Shown here: in pieces, positions 16,856-26,413 of the stretch
Numbering within the stretch: position 1 is the first letter of the stretch
Layout: each line of letters starts with the position of its first letter
Source of the DNA: Candidatus Saccharimonadales bacterium
GTDB taxonomy: Bacteria > Chloroflexota > Dormibacteria > Aeolococcales > Aeolococcaceae
NCBI GenBank assembly: GCA_035534875.1
Contig: DATLRB010000012.1
Location: 936-64,935 of the forward strand
Length of the DNA: 64,000 nt
Direction: 5' to 3'
Translations under genes and position numbers: made by a program
The notes under the pieces: model-generated
The model's input: only the letters and a program-made list of their open reading frames with translations
The model's database searches: none
What the model was told of the DNA's origin: nothing

Positions 16856-18400
16856 GTGGTAGCAGCGGCCAGTTGGTGGAATCCAGTCAGCTGGCTCCAG
16901 AACGTCGCCGGATTCTTTCACGGTGCGTACGACGCTGGAGGTGCCGTCCTGAATGTTTTGGGCGGCGTCCTAACCATTCTCACACAGTTCTTCCGATTCT
17001 TCTTCGATACCGGTCACTTCATCGCCGATGCCGTCAACTGGCTCACGAACGCGCTATTTCCTCCTGAACTGCAGACATGGTTTCTTGGCACGATCGGCGA
17101 GCCCGGGAAGCAGTGGAACTCTGCTCAGATCTATGAGGGTCTCTACCGAGGAATGATTCCACCCGCGTTGATGATTGCGAGCGTCGCAGCGGCCGGTCGA
17201 GTCATGAGAGCCTTAGTCGATCACCGTACGGGCTCAATGGACACGATTCTCTCAGTTCTGCCGCGGTTCATCTTGGCAATTGCAGTAATCGGCGTCCCTG
17301 GCACCTCGATCAGCCTCGGCTACAGCGCGGTCGTCTGGTGTGTTGACGCATCAGTCGCGGTATCCGGCGCGGTCGTAGGGCCCATCTTGCACTTGTCGGG
17401 TTCCAGTGGATTGCAGGTAGGTCAGGGCTGGTTCAGTCACACGTACGGCATGCTCGCAACGACGAGCAACGACATGGTCGCGGTCGTGGTTGGCGGCGTT
17501 CCCCTGCTCGTGCTGGTTCTGTACGCGGCATTCTTGATGGTCGTGCGGACCGTGATGCTCGGATTCTGCATCGTCGCGTCGCCCTTGTGTCTCGCGACGG
17601 CGGTGTTCGACTCAAACAACAGATTCTTTCACTGGTGGCTCGACCTGCTCGGCAGCGTCCTCTTGACTCCGCTGGTGCTCGGAATGGCGATCGCACTGAG
17701 CTTGGCTCTGGCGTCCCACGTGGTTTCCGCGTTCGCGGTTGGCCCACTGCTCGCCGTGGTCACTCTGTGCGGCGGGCTGTGGTTTGCAGGAAAGATGGTT
17801 CATCAGCTGACTTGGCGCGGCTTCAGTCATGGCAGCGCGCTCGCGGGATTCGCGGCGGGCATCGCCACGATGTTGGCTCCGGTCCATCGCCTCTCATCCG
17901 CCGGGTTCGTTGCCGAGGCGCTTGGGGCTAACCGCGACGGTGGAAACTCGGCGGTGAACTTCATGAAGCGGTTCGGGCTTGCGACCCAGGGACTGAGCCC
18001 GGCAGGATCGGCGCCGGGCTCGCTCGCGGCTGGGTACTTCGGCTCGTCGACCCAAGGTTCGGATTTGGTTGCCTCGGGTGGACCACCGAATATCGCCGCC
18101 GCGCTGGGCGCCGATGGGCTGGCGGCCGTCGCAGGTGCGGAGCGGGTCTTCTCGCAAGACGCATTCAATGCCTTCGGCGCAACGCACGCAAGGTCGATCG
18201 GCGCTTCAACTCGCGACCAGCCATACGGCTCGGTATCGCCTGGTGACAGAGCCAAGCTCGCATGGAGCCGGACATCGGCACGCAACCAGGCGGCATTTGC
18301 CAACGACTTTCTGCCGGGGTGGCTCGGCGCTGGCCCGCAACATGAGATGGATGACAACATCAATCTCGATGTGCCGCACTTAGAGGCTGGCGTCGCATGA
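16856..18400 (+). CDS. Polytopic membrane protein, VirB6/TrbL-like candidate
   Basis: 514 aa with a GTG start. About 6-7 hydrophobic helices are followed by a Gly/Ala/Ser-rich hydrophilic tail. It sits immediately upstream of the VirB4-like gene and overlaps it (ATGA at 18397). Confidence 0.5.
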   Translation: MVAAASWWNPVSWLQNVAGFFHGAYDAGGAVLNVLGGVLTILTQFFRFFFDTGHFIADAVNWLTNALFPPELQTWFLGTIGEPGKQWNSAQIYEGLYRGMIPPALMIASVAAAGRVMRALVDHRTGSMDTILSVLPRFILAIAVIGVPGTSISLGYSAVVWCVDASVAVSGAVVGPILHLSGSSGLQVGQGWFSHTYGMLATTSNDMVAVVVGGVPLLVLVLYAAFLMVVRTVMLGFCIVASPLCLATAVFDSNNRFFHWWLDLLGSVLLTPLVLGMAIALSLALASHVVSAFAVGPLLAVVTLCGGLWFAGKMVHQLTWRGFSHGSALAGFAAGIATMLAPVHRLSSAGFVAEALGANRDGGNSAVNFMKRFGLATQGLSPAGSAPGSLAAGYFGSSTQGSDLVASGGPPNIAAALGADGLAAVAGAERVFSQDAFNAFGATHARSIGASTRDQPYGSVSPGDRAKLAWSRTSARNQAAFANDFLPGWLGAGPQHEMDDNINLDVPHLEAGVA

Positions 18401-21030
18401 CCAGCGTCCGTGTCCCCTTGGCGGTCGATGCTCAGGTGCGAGTGCCACTCGGTCCGGTATTGGTTCCGCTGCGGGCGCTCATACTCCTGACAGCATCCGC
18501 ACCCATCGCCCTCGGCTGTCTCAGCATCGGAACTCTATCAGTCGGCTCGCGCCTGGGCCTCGCGATAGCCGTGATGATGCTCGGATTCACGCTTGCCGCT
18601 CCGATGCGTGACGGCATCTGGATCGGCACCTGGTGTTTCTATCGTCTCGGCCGTCGTCTCTTGCCGACTGCAGTCTTGGACGGAGAGGGTCACCGTGCAT
18701 GCGTTCAGTCAGCGGGTAGCGCAATGCAGGTGTCGCGAATTAGAAGCGAGATCCTGTGGCGGCCGCCGCTGCGAGCGCTCCGTCATCTGAGTGCATTGCC
18801 GACGGTGAGCAGTGCGCATGCGGGAGTCGTAAGGCTTGATCCCGGGGGCGCCCGGGGAATCCTCATGCTCGAAGGTCCCGATGGGTCACCAGCTAGTGAG
18901 AGGCATGCTCGCTGGTGCGCCACGGTGATGCAGTGGCTGCTGGGTTTGGAGTGCCCGGCGCAGCTCGTCAGCGTTGTCAGCAACTTCGACAGCCATCGTG
19001 CGCAGGGCGCATTTGATGAGCGGATCAAGGGGTGGCCTGCGACGCGCCTAGCAGAGCTCGAACGCGATCTTGCCGGCAGGGTCGCCGAGCAGAGTCTCGG
19101 GCTACGCCACTTTGTCGTTCTCTCACCTGGGCTTGCGGCCGCCGACGGCATTCCATGGCTCAGTCGCGCTACGCGGCTGGCGCGAGCGCTCGAGGCCAGT
19201 GATGACGATGCGAAGCGAGCGCTGCTCACCGCCTTGCGGACGTCGCCAAGTCTCGGGCTTGCCGTATCCGTCGCCGATCGTGACGACATCGCCGAACTCC
19301 TTGTCGATACCGTCGTCGGTGCGACAACTGCGGCTGTCAGCAGCGCTGGAGTTGTCCGGATCGGCGACGAATTCCAGATCGTCCTCACCGCCACACGCCT
19401 TCCACCAACGGTCCATCCCGGTGCCGTCGTTGACGCACTGATCCGCAGCCGGGCGAAAGGGTATGCGAGCCTCCACGTGCTTCCAGTTGACACGCAGATT
19501 GCGCGTACGGTGCTGGATCGCCGCGCCGCCATGCAGCGATACACCGCGCGTGAGGGGAACGACACGGTCGACAACCAGGTTGCGTTCGCTGACACAACTG
19601 CTGCGCTTGCGGCGATTGCTCAGCGTCAACTGATTCCGTGCCGCATAGCCTTGAGCTTTGCGGTTCGAGACTCAGATCCGTCCATCGTGGCGGAGACTGC
19701 CGCACGGCTCGACGGTCTCCTCCGGGGCCAGGGGTTTGACATCGTTCACCCGACGTCTCCGGGACTGCTGCCATCTTTGGCAGTCACACCCGGCGGCGCA
19801 CCACTTGGGCGGAGCCTCCAACTGACCTCCGACACCGTTGCTTCGTGCTTGGTGCCTGCCCTGGGCACTCCGTTCGCGGACCAGAGGCACCCGCTGGTCG
19901 GCATCAATCAGCTCACTGGGGCGCCGACCTATCTGTCCATCTGGAGTAGACCCAACCACAACGCGGTCATCGTCGGCAGCTCGGGATCGGGCAAGAGCGT
20001 CGCCGCGAAGACGTTGCTCGTTCGACACGTGATGGAAGGCGCGTCCGCGGTCGTCATCGACCCTGACTCGGAATACGGACGGGTCATGAGCGCGATCGGA
20101 GGCGTCCATTTCGAGCTGGGAGAGGACGCCCTCAACCCGCTTGCACCTGGCTGTGACGTGGCGCCGGATCTCGCGGCGAGTCTCCTGCTCCCAGTTCTGA
20201 GCGTCATGGCGGGTGACGAGAAGGGTGTGAAGGATGGGCGTCCTATTCGAAGGTTGCCCGATGAGGATCAAGGATGGATCCACGGCGAGATCGCCTCATT
20301 CTTCCAGGCGTGGCATCGACACCCATCCGGCGCCGAGCCGGTGATGCACGATCTCGTCGCGTTCATCGAAACGACCTCCGCGCATCAGGCTCTCACGCGC
20401 CGTGAACGGGATAGATGCCGGATCATCACAGCACGTCTCCGACGCTTCACTCAAGGAAATCGAGCCCGTATCTTCGACCGCCCGTCAACGTTTCGTGTTG
20501 GCGCCCGTCCGGTCTCAATTGGTCTGCGAAACTTCGCGTTGACGTATGCAGCTGATTTGACGCCTGCCCTTGCGGTGGTGCTGACCGCCGTGTTAGCAGC
20601 CCTCGGCAGGGATCATGGACGCTTGATCGTGGTCGTCGACGAGGCCCACCGGATTACGATCGATCCGGACGCGGGAGAAGTCCTCGGACAACTCGTCCGC
20701 CAGGCTCGCAAGCACGGTGCCGGAGTCTGGATGTGTTCGCAACAGGTCCAGGACTTCGTCGGAACGGACCTGGGCAGAACGCTGGCTGCGACCGCAGCAA
20801 CAAAAGTCATCCTCGGAGTCGAGGAAGCCGCGCTCGCCGATGTTCGTGGTGTCTTCGGGCTCAGCGACGATGAGGTCTCAGCGATCAATCCACCGGTGCA
20901 AGGACGCGCGGTTCTCCTTTCCGGCGGCGAGCGCACGGTCGTGGCGATCGTGCCCGGCCCCGCAGTGCTCGCGCTCGCGAACTCGTCGCCGCAACCAGGT
21001 TCTCAATCCACCCCCGCGTTTGTGGGCTGA
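18397..21030 (+). CDS. VirB4/TraC/TrbE-type T4SS ATPase with an N-terminal VirB3-like TM hairpin
   Basis: 877 aa. Walker A AVIVGSSGSGKSVAAKTLL, Walker B LIVVVDEAHRI, then KHGAGVWMCSQQVQDF. The N-terminal ~90 aa contain two TM helices (LILLTASAPIALGCL, LGLAIAVMMLGFTLA). Confidence 0.75.
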   Translation: MTSVRVPLAVDAQVRVPLGPVLVPLRALILLTASAPIALGCLSIGTLSVGSRLGLAIAVMMLGFTLAAPMRDGIWIGTWCFYRLGRRLLPTAVLDGEGHRACVQSAGSAMQVSRIRSEILWRPPLRALRHLSALPTVSSAHAGVVRLDPGGARGILMLEGPDGSPASERHARWCATVMQWLLGLECPAQLVSVVSNFDSHRAQGAFDERIKGWPATRLAELERDLAGRVAEQSLGLRHFVVLSPGLAAADGIPWLSRATRLARALEASDDDAKRALLTALRTSPSLGLAVSVADRDDIAELLVDTVVGATTAAVSSAGVVRIGDEFQIVLTATRLPPTVHPGAVVDALIRSRAKGYASLHVLPVDTQIARTVLDRRAAMQRYTAREGNDTVDNQVAFADTTAALAAIAQRQLIPCRIALSFAVRDSDPSIVAETAARLDGLLRGQGFDIVHPTSPGLLPSLAVTPGGAPLGRSLQLTSDTVASCLVPALGTPFADQRHPLVGINQLTGAPTYLSIWSRPNHNAVIVGSSGSGKSVAAKTLLVRHVMEGASAVVIDPDSEYGRVMSAIGGVHFELGEDALNPLAPGCDVAPDLAASLLLPVLSVMAGDEKGVKDGRPIRRLPDEDQGWIHGEIASFFQAWHRHPSGAEPVMHDLVAFIETTSAHQALTRRERDRCRIITARLRRFTQGNRARIFDRPSTFRVGARPVSIGLRNFALTYAADLTPALAVVLTAVLAALGRDHGRLIVVVDEAHRITIDPDAGEVLGQLVRQARKHGAGVWMCSQQVQDFVGTDLGRTLAATAATKVILGVEEAALADVRGVFGLSDDEVSAINPPVQGRAVLLSGGERTVVAIVPGPAVLALANSSPQPGSQSTPAFVG

Positions 21031-21033
21031 ACC

Positions 21034-21780
21034 GTGGCTCTGCCCGTCGCAATCGGCGCCGCCCTTTCGAAAGCACGCTCCGCATACTCGATTGCCTCAG
21101 TGCTTGGGGGCGCGTCGCGGCACAACGGACGTCGACGCGGTGCTTGCCTTGTCACATCCGGCCTGGGATGCGGCGCGTGCGCCGTGGTCGCATGTGTGGT
21201 TGCCTTGTCAATCGGCGGCGCTCTTGTTGCCGGTACTGCATTCCTGGTTGGGATCGGGGCTGATGCATCGTGCGCCAGCCGCGCGACGACGCCGTGCGCC
21301 GGGCTGACATATAGCCGCGTCGGTGCTCCTATGAACTGCCCGACCCTGTACGTCAGTCAGGGATTCGGCGACACGCCGTGGGAACATCCGCACACCGGCA
21401 TCGACCTCGTCTGTCCGCCCGAAACCCTGGTGGTGGCGGTCGCCGATGGCATTTTCCATCGCGATCACGGCGAGCCGATCCGATGCCTGTACCCCGTGCA
21501 GCGAAAGGGCGGCCTCGGAACGTTCGGCGTTCTTGACGCTGACGGGCGTGCGTATCTCTATGGGCATCTCGACGCCTTCGTGGCGGCCGATGGCTCTCAC
21601 GTCACCATCGGTCAGCCCCTCGGGTTCGAGGGAGCGACAGGGTGCGCGACGGGCGATCATCTTCATTTCGAAGTGCTCGAGAGCGGGAGGGCAGTCAACC
21701 CGTGCTCTGTACTGCCAGCCGGATACCCAGATCAACACAGCCAATCAGGCCTGCGCTGCTGGGGGTCAGCCCCACCGTGA
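21034..21780 (+). CDS. Membrane-anchored M23 metallopeptidase (peptidoglycan hydrolase)
   Basis: HTGIDLVCP (HxxxD), GHLDAF and GDHLHFEV (HxH). There is an N-terminal Cys-rich TM segment. The GTG start lies 3 nt after the VirB4-like stop. Confidence 0.8.
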   Translation: MALPVAIGAALSKARSAYSIASVLGGASRHNGRRRGACLVTSGLGCGACAVVACVVALSIGGALVAGTAFLVGIGADASCASRATTPCAGLTYSRVGAPMNCPTLYVSQGFGDTPWEHPHTGIDLVCPPETLVVAVADGIFHRDHGEPIRCLYPVQRKGGLGTFGVLDADGRAYLYGHLDAFVAADGSHVTIGQPLGFEGATGCATGDHLHFEVLESGRAVNPCSVLPAGYPDQHSQSGLRCWGSAPP

Positions 21781-21864
21781 TCCTGATTTTGCCTGCCCAC
21801 CCCTGTTTGTCCTATGCTGATCCCTGCCTGGCGGCGGGGGAATTCTCAGGGAGGGGTTCATCGC

Positions 21865-22500
21865 ATGAGTCGTAGAAGACTCGCTGCTGCCTTGTTCTTC
21901 AGTGCGGTGATCGTCGCCGTACTCGCGTTGATCGTGTACACAGAGCAGACGAACGCGACTCAGACTGTGTCTGTTTGGATCGTCACGCATGACGTCATGG
22001 CGGGCGCTCCATTCGACGCCTCTGATGTCCAGCTGACTCAGGTTCGTGCCGGCTCCGGCGACTTCAACTTCGAGGTGGCCGGTCCAGCGACGTTTCATGC
22101 GCTTTTCGCGAGGAGCTTGTCGGTCCACGACCTCTTGCGCAGCGACGATCTGGTTCCGGTGACGGCGCAGTCTGAGGTAGCCATCACCGTTGAGGGCGCT
22201 CCGCCGTTGGCGCCTGGCGAGACCATCGACGTCTTCGCGGCTCTGACGGGGCAGCAGCAGGTTCTCATTGGGCATGACCTGACCGTGAATACGGTGTCAG
22301 GGGGATCGGTGACCATGCTGGTTCCGACGGGTGATGAAGCGTCATGGATCGCGGTTGGATCATCGAACGTTGCGTTGCATGTCGCGCTGACAGTGCCTGG
22401 GGCAAGACTTGCACCGGCACCGTTGAGCGCCGACGCGGCGATCCACATCCTGTGCGGCACTGCGTGTGGGGGGCTTTCGGGAAGCGCGTCCACGCCATGA
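21865..22500 (+). CDS. CpaB/RcpC-like Flp-pilus assembly protein (TM + SAF domain)
   Basis: ATG 21865 follows GGGAGGGG. TM segment LAAALFFSAVIVAVLALIV is followed by a SAF-like VSVWIVTHDVMAGAPFDASDVQLTQV. It is shorter than typical CpaB. Confidence 0.55.
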   Translation: MSRRRLAAALFFSAVIVAVLALIVYTEQTNATQTVSVWIVTHDVMAGAPFDASDVQLTQVRAGSGDFNFEVAGPATFHALFARSLSVHDLLRSDDLVPVTAQSEVAITVEGAPPLAPGETIDVFAALTGQQQVLIGHDLTVNTVSGGSVTMLVPTGDEASWIAVGSSNVALHVALTVPGARLAPAPLSADAAIHILCGTACGGLSGSASTP

Positions 22501-23204
22501 GCTTGCTCCTGGGTGTATGTACCACGCGCGCTGGTCAGACTTCGACGTCGTGGGCAACCAGTCTTGCCTGGTCGCTCGCCGCAAGCCGATCAGTGATGCT
22601 CGTCGATTGCGACATGGAGGGCGGGACCATCGCAGATCTCCTCTACCTCCGACTTGATGATCGCGGTCTCGCCAACTGCTTTGGCGACCGCCCTGTGACG
22701 CCGACGGTTCTTGAAGGACAGGCGGTGCCCGTACCAGACCGGGCAGGGTTGCGGGTGGTCCCCGGTCTCCGGAGCAGCTACGGACCGGAGATGGCCGATT
22801 GCCTCCGTTCGCTCGCCCCAGCATTGGGTCGTCTCCCCTGCGACGCTGTCGTCGTCGATCTCGGGCATCCTTGGTCGCACACGAGCCTACGATCACCACG
22901 AGCAGCGGCAGACGCGGTGTGTGCTGTGTTCGATCGCGTCTTCATCGTGATTCGCGACGATCCGTCGCTGTTGTCGAGGAGCATCGACGTGCTTCGCACG
23001 GCGCGTCCGCCGCACGGCGAGTTGATCGTGTGTGAACAGCGAGGCGCGGCGCATCGACGCGTGATGGTGGAAACCCTGGAACGTGAGCTCCCATATCTCG
23101 CTATCCGCAGAGGATGGGAGTGGGATGAGCGTCGCGCCGCTCGCGTTGCCGACACCGGCCGTCCGGTAACCCTCGGCGGGATCGAGGCGGAGTTGCATCT
23201 ATGA
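22497..23204 (+). CDS. ParA/MinD-fold TadZ/CpaE-like protein with a degenerate P-loop
   Basis: ATGA overlap with the upstream stop. LLGVCTTRAGQTSTSWATSLAWSLA...VMLVDCDMEGG aligns to the xKGGxGKT(T/S)...LA...V.L.D.D pattern, but both lysines are lost (TRAGQTST). Confidence 0.55.
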   Translation: MSLLLGVCTTRAGQTSTSWATSLAWSLAASRSVMLVDCDMEGGTIADLLYLRLDDRGLANCFGDRPVTPTVLEGQAVPVPDRAGLRVVPGLRSSYGPEMADCLRSLAPALGRLPCDAVVVDLGHPWSHTSLRSPRAAADAVCAVFDRVFIVIRDDPSLLSRSIDVLRTARPPHGELIVCEQRGAAHRRVMVETLERELPYLAIRRGWEWDERRAARVADTGRPVTLGGIEAELHL

Positions 23205-24601
23205 GTTCGGCGTCCCTTGGTGCGCCCCCACTGGCGGGAACTCACGGCAGTTCCGTGCAGGTGAGCCGTTGGCCGCACATTCCCACTGAGGAGCGCGAGG
23301 TGGCAGAGATCATCGCCGCCTCGGTGCATCGGTCGAGAAACGGCGAACCCGTTTCGGTCCTCCACGAGGAGCACTTGAGTGACGAGGTCGCCATTGCCAT
23401 TGGTCGCGCCATCGAGTCGCCGCAGTCCAGCGGGCTTCCGCTCTCTGTGGTCACGGAGCTTGCTCGCAATCCCCGCTACAGGTCAACGACTCAGAGAAAC
23501 GCTGTCATTCTCGGATCCCACCTCTTTCCATTATCTTTGCTGATCTACGGGGCGGAGCTGGAGAACATCACCTGCCTCGGCCATGACCACTGGCTGGTGA
23601 GCACGGTGGGTCGGAAGCTCTCACTCATCGGTGGAAGCCCGTTTTCCAGCGATGAGGAGGTCCTGGAGTTCTTTCGCGGCGTCGTCCGAATGCGGGGCGT
23701 GACGGGCGACCAGGCGATCACGGATGCGTCTCCCATCGCCGAGGCCAACATCGGTAGCGTGATTCGCCTGTGCGTCGCGAAACGACCCGCCGTGTCGGGA
23801 CGTTCCGATGTCAAAGCCGCCATCAGGGTGCCGGCGCGATCGAAGGTTCGCGATCTCGGCGACTACGTGGCCCAGATGGTCATGCCGCGTGGTGTCGCGG
23901 TATTCGTGGAGGCCTGCGTGCGCGGCCGTGCCAACGTCATGATCGCCGGCGGCACATCCACAGGAAAGACCACGTTGCTGCGCGTCCTCGCTGGGATGGT
24001 TGCGGAGGACGAGCACATCGTCGTAGTCGAGGATGGAGCTGAGCTTCATCTCGACCAGGATCGCGGTGACGGCCAGCCATGGCATGGACTTACGACTGCA
24101 CTGTCGACCATCCCATCCATTCGCGCGGATGCCGACGTGCAGCACCTCACGATGTTCGACCTTGTGCGCCACGCCCTCCGATTCCAACCCGACCGGCTGA
24201 TTCTCGGGGAGTCGCGAGGAGAAGAGATGGCCGCCGTATGCAAGGCACTCATGACTGGCCACGACGGCTCGATGACGACGATCCACGCCGAGGATGCCGA
24301 ACTCGCCATTGAGCAGGCAATGCAATACGCCATGGAGAGCACGCGCTTCGCTGGGAACGAGCGCCTTGCACGACGGATCGTCGAGCAAGCGGTGCATGTG
24401 GTGATCCATATCGCCAATCAGGATGGACGCCGCCGCATCACCGGAGTGGTTGCTGTCGAGCGCGGAGGGAATCACAAGTGGGTGTATCGCCAAGCCGATA
24501 GCGGCGGACTCCTTCGTGGAACGGACCTTGTCGGCGACCTAGGCAGACTGGCGCCGCGGATCCGCCCGTACCTCGAGACCGACGAGGTTCCGGAGCCGTG
24601 A
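23201..24601 (+). CDS. CpaF/TadA-type (VirB11-superfamily) secretion ATPase
   Basis: Walker A VMIAGGTSTGKTTLL, Walker B-like HIVVVEDGAEL and His box GHDGSMTTIHA. ATGA overlap with the upstream gene. Confidence 0.85.
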   Translation: MSSASLGAPPLAGTHGSSVQVSRWPHIPTEEREVAEIIAASVHRSRNGEPVSVLHEEHLSDEVAIAIGRAIESPQSSGLPLSVVTELARNPRYRSTTQRNAVILGSHLFPLSLLIYGAELENITCLGHDHWLVSTVGRKLSLIGGSPFSSDEEVLEFFRGVVRMRGVTGDQAITDASPIAEANIGSVIRLCVAKRPAVSGRSDVKAAIRVPARSKVRDLGDYVAQMVMPRGVAVFVEACVRGRANVMIAGGTSTGKTTLLRVLAGMVAEDEHIVVVEDGAELHLDQDRGDGQPWHGLTTALSTIPSIRADADVQHLTMFDLVRHALRFQPDRLILGESRGEEMAAVCKALMTGHDGSMTTIHAEDAELAIEQAMQYAMESTRFAGNERLARRIVEQAVHVVIHIANQDGRRRITGVVAVERGGNHKWVYRQADSGGLLRGTDLVGDLGRLAPRIRPYLETDEVPEP

Positions 24602-25518
24602 CGTCTGTCGCCGGACCTCCTGAATCGGTGATCCTGGTTGCCGGGGTCGCACTGATCGTTGCGTGCGGCTGCGCGGGAATCGCCGCGATCCTCGGGGTTC
24701 AACCGCTGACACGAAGAGCTCGACGCCGCACGATTCCGCTGCTTGAACATGAGAAGGACGTCGCCGCGGCTTTGGGGTGGTCGTGGCGTCGCTGGATTGC
24801 CCTGCGTGCGGGGGTGACAACCGGGGGTGTTTTCGTCGGTCTCGCCTCGCAGATCTGGCTCCTGAGCCTGCTCTTGGGCGCCATAGCCTTCTTCGGTGTG
24901 CGCTTCCTGGTTGCTGGTCGCGCGGCTCGGAGACGGCTCCGTATGGAGCGAGCATTTCTCGTGCAACTTCGGGCCCTCCGCGACCGAATGGCGATCGGTA
25001 ACCAGTCACTTGACTCCGCTCTGCAGGAGATCGGTCGCAATCCCGGTAGTGATCTTGCGTACGTACTGGAGCCGTGGGCTCAGGGCGGTTCCGTCACCGG
25101 CAACATCGTGCAGAGCGGGCTCCGCTCACGCTCGCCGCTCGTCGAGCACGCGTGCGCCGTCTTGATCTGGGCAAGAACGCGTAGTCTGGACGGTCTGATC
25201 TCAGCCATTGACGACGTACTGATCCCCGTCGGCGAAGCACAGCTTCAGGTCGAAGAGGAATCATTGGTCACGTTGACGCAGCAGCGTGCGGTCACATTCG
25301 CCATGTCAGCACTCATGGCAGTCATGTTTCTGAGCCTCGTCCGAGTTGCAACGTTTCGGGCGTACTACGCGACGTTCACTGGAACCGTCGTGCTCCTCCT
25401 TGCTGTTGCGATGTTCTTCGCCTTGATCGCGATGCTCGAGCGCATCGCACGGACAGCGCGCTGGACGCGATGGAATCTGCGTGAGGTGCAGGATCAGGAG
25501 TTGCATCCGCATGCCTGA
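24598..25518 (+). CDS. TadB-like platform protein (T2SS-F family)
   Basis: 306 aa, N-terminal TM. The central segment FLVQLRALRDRMAIGNQSLDSALQEIGRNPGSDLAYVL has the T2SSF pattern. There are C-terminal TM helices. GTGA overlap with the CpaF stop. Confidence 0.65.
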   Translation: MTSVAGPPESVILVAGVALIVACGCAGIAAILGVQPLTRRARRRTIPLLEHEKDVAAALGWSWRRWIALRAGVTTGGVFVGLASQIWLLSLLLGAIAFFGVRFLVAGRAARRRLRMERAFLVQLRALRDRMAIGNQSLDSALQEIGRNPGSDLAYVLEPWAQGGSVTGNIVQSGLRSRSPLVEHACAVLIWARTRSLDGLISAIDDVLIPVGEAQLQVEEESLVTLTQQRAVTFAMSALMAVMFLSLVRVATFRAYYATFTGTVVLLLAVAMFFALIAMLERIARTARWTRWNLREVQDQELHPHA

Positions 25519-26407
25519 GGCGATTCCATATGCCGCCCTGGCTCTGCTGGCTCTCGGAGCCTGGGTTGGCGGAATCGCCCTCCTCGATGTGTTCACTGCG
25601 GTTGACGTGCGTGGGTGGCGTCGCATGGCGCACCTGCGAGGGTTTGCAACGCGTGGGTCTGTGTTCGAGCGAGCAGTTCGGCACGCGCCGATGCTGAAAC
25701 GCATCCAAGCTGAATTGGATCTCGAACGCCTCCTCGGCCAGGCGAACAGCAGCGACACCCCGGGGGCGTTTCTCGCCAGGACGGGCGCAATTGCATTGAT
25801 GACATTCGCGATAGTGATCGCTGCCACGACCGGCGGGAGGGCGCTGGAGGGCGGCTGGCCGGCACCCCCATGGGCGGCGCTCGTGATCGCGGGGCTCATT
25901 CTCCCGTTGTCGCTCATCGATCTTCGGCGGCGGTCGAGAGAAGCGCGCGCGGCGTCGGCTCGAACCCTTGGGGACATGCTCATGGCCATCGCGGTAATGA
26001 CTGACAGTGGGGGTCTGCAACTGGATGACGCGGTGCGCGTCATGTCGCGGTGCGCTCGCGATGCCGCACTTCAGAATCTCCTTGATCGGGGAGGTTTCAA
26101 GAGATTGACGAAGCGCCCACACCGCTCCACAGCCGAGAAGTACAGGCTCATCGGTGATGCCTATCAGATTCGCGAGTTCGCTGAGCTCGCTGACGCAGCG
26201 GCGTCTACGAATGTCGGAGTCCCGGACCGCGTAGCGTATACACGGCTCGCCCTGACCGTGTATCAGGAGCGGCTCGCCGACGCTCGTGTGCATGCCGCGC
26301 GAGCGAGGATTCTGATCACCCTGCCGATTGCGGGCATGCTGATACCGCTGCTGCTGCTCATCGGAGCCCCAACCTTCAACGCGATCTCCGTGGGTTTGGG
26401 GGGCTAG
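25511..26407 (+). CDS. TadC-like platform protein (T2SS-F family)
   Basis: ATG 25511 overlaps the upstream stop (ATGCCTGA). Contains TLGDMLMAIAVMTDSGGLQLDDAVRVMSR and the C-terminal ARILITLPIAGMLIPLLLLIGAP. Confidence 0.65.
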   Translation: MPEAIPYAALALLALGAWVGGIALLDVFTAVDVRGWRRMAHLRGFATRGSVFERAVRHAPMLKRIQAELDLERLLGQANSSDTPGAFLARTGAIALMTFAIVIAATTGGRALEGGWPAPPWAALVIAGLILPLSLIDLRRRSREARAASARTLGDMLMAIAVMTDSGGLQLDDAVRVMSRCARDAALQNLLDRGGFKRLTKRPHRSTAEKYRLIGDAYQIREFAELADAAASTNVGVPDRVAYTRLALTVYQERLADARVHAARARILITLPIAGMLIPLLLLIGAPTFNAISVGLGG

Positions 26408-26413
26408 AGACGC

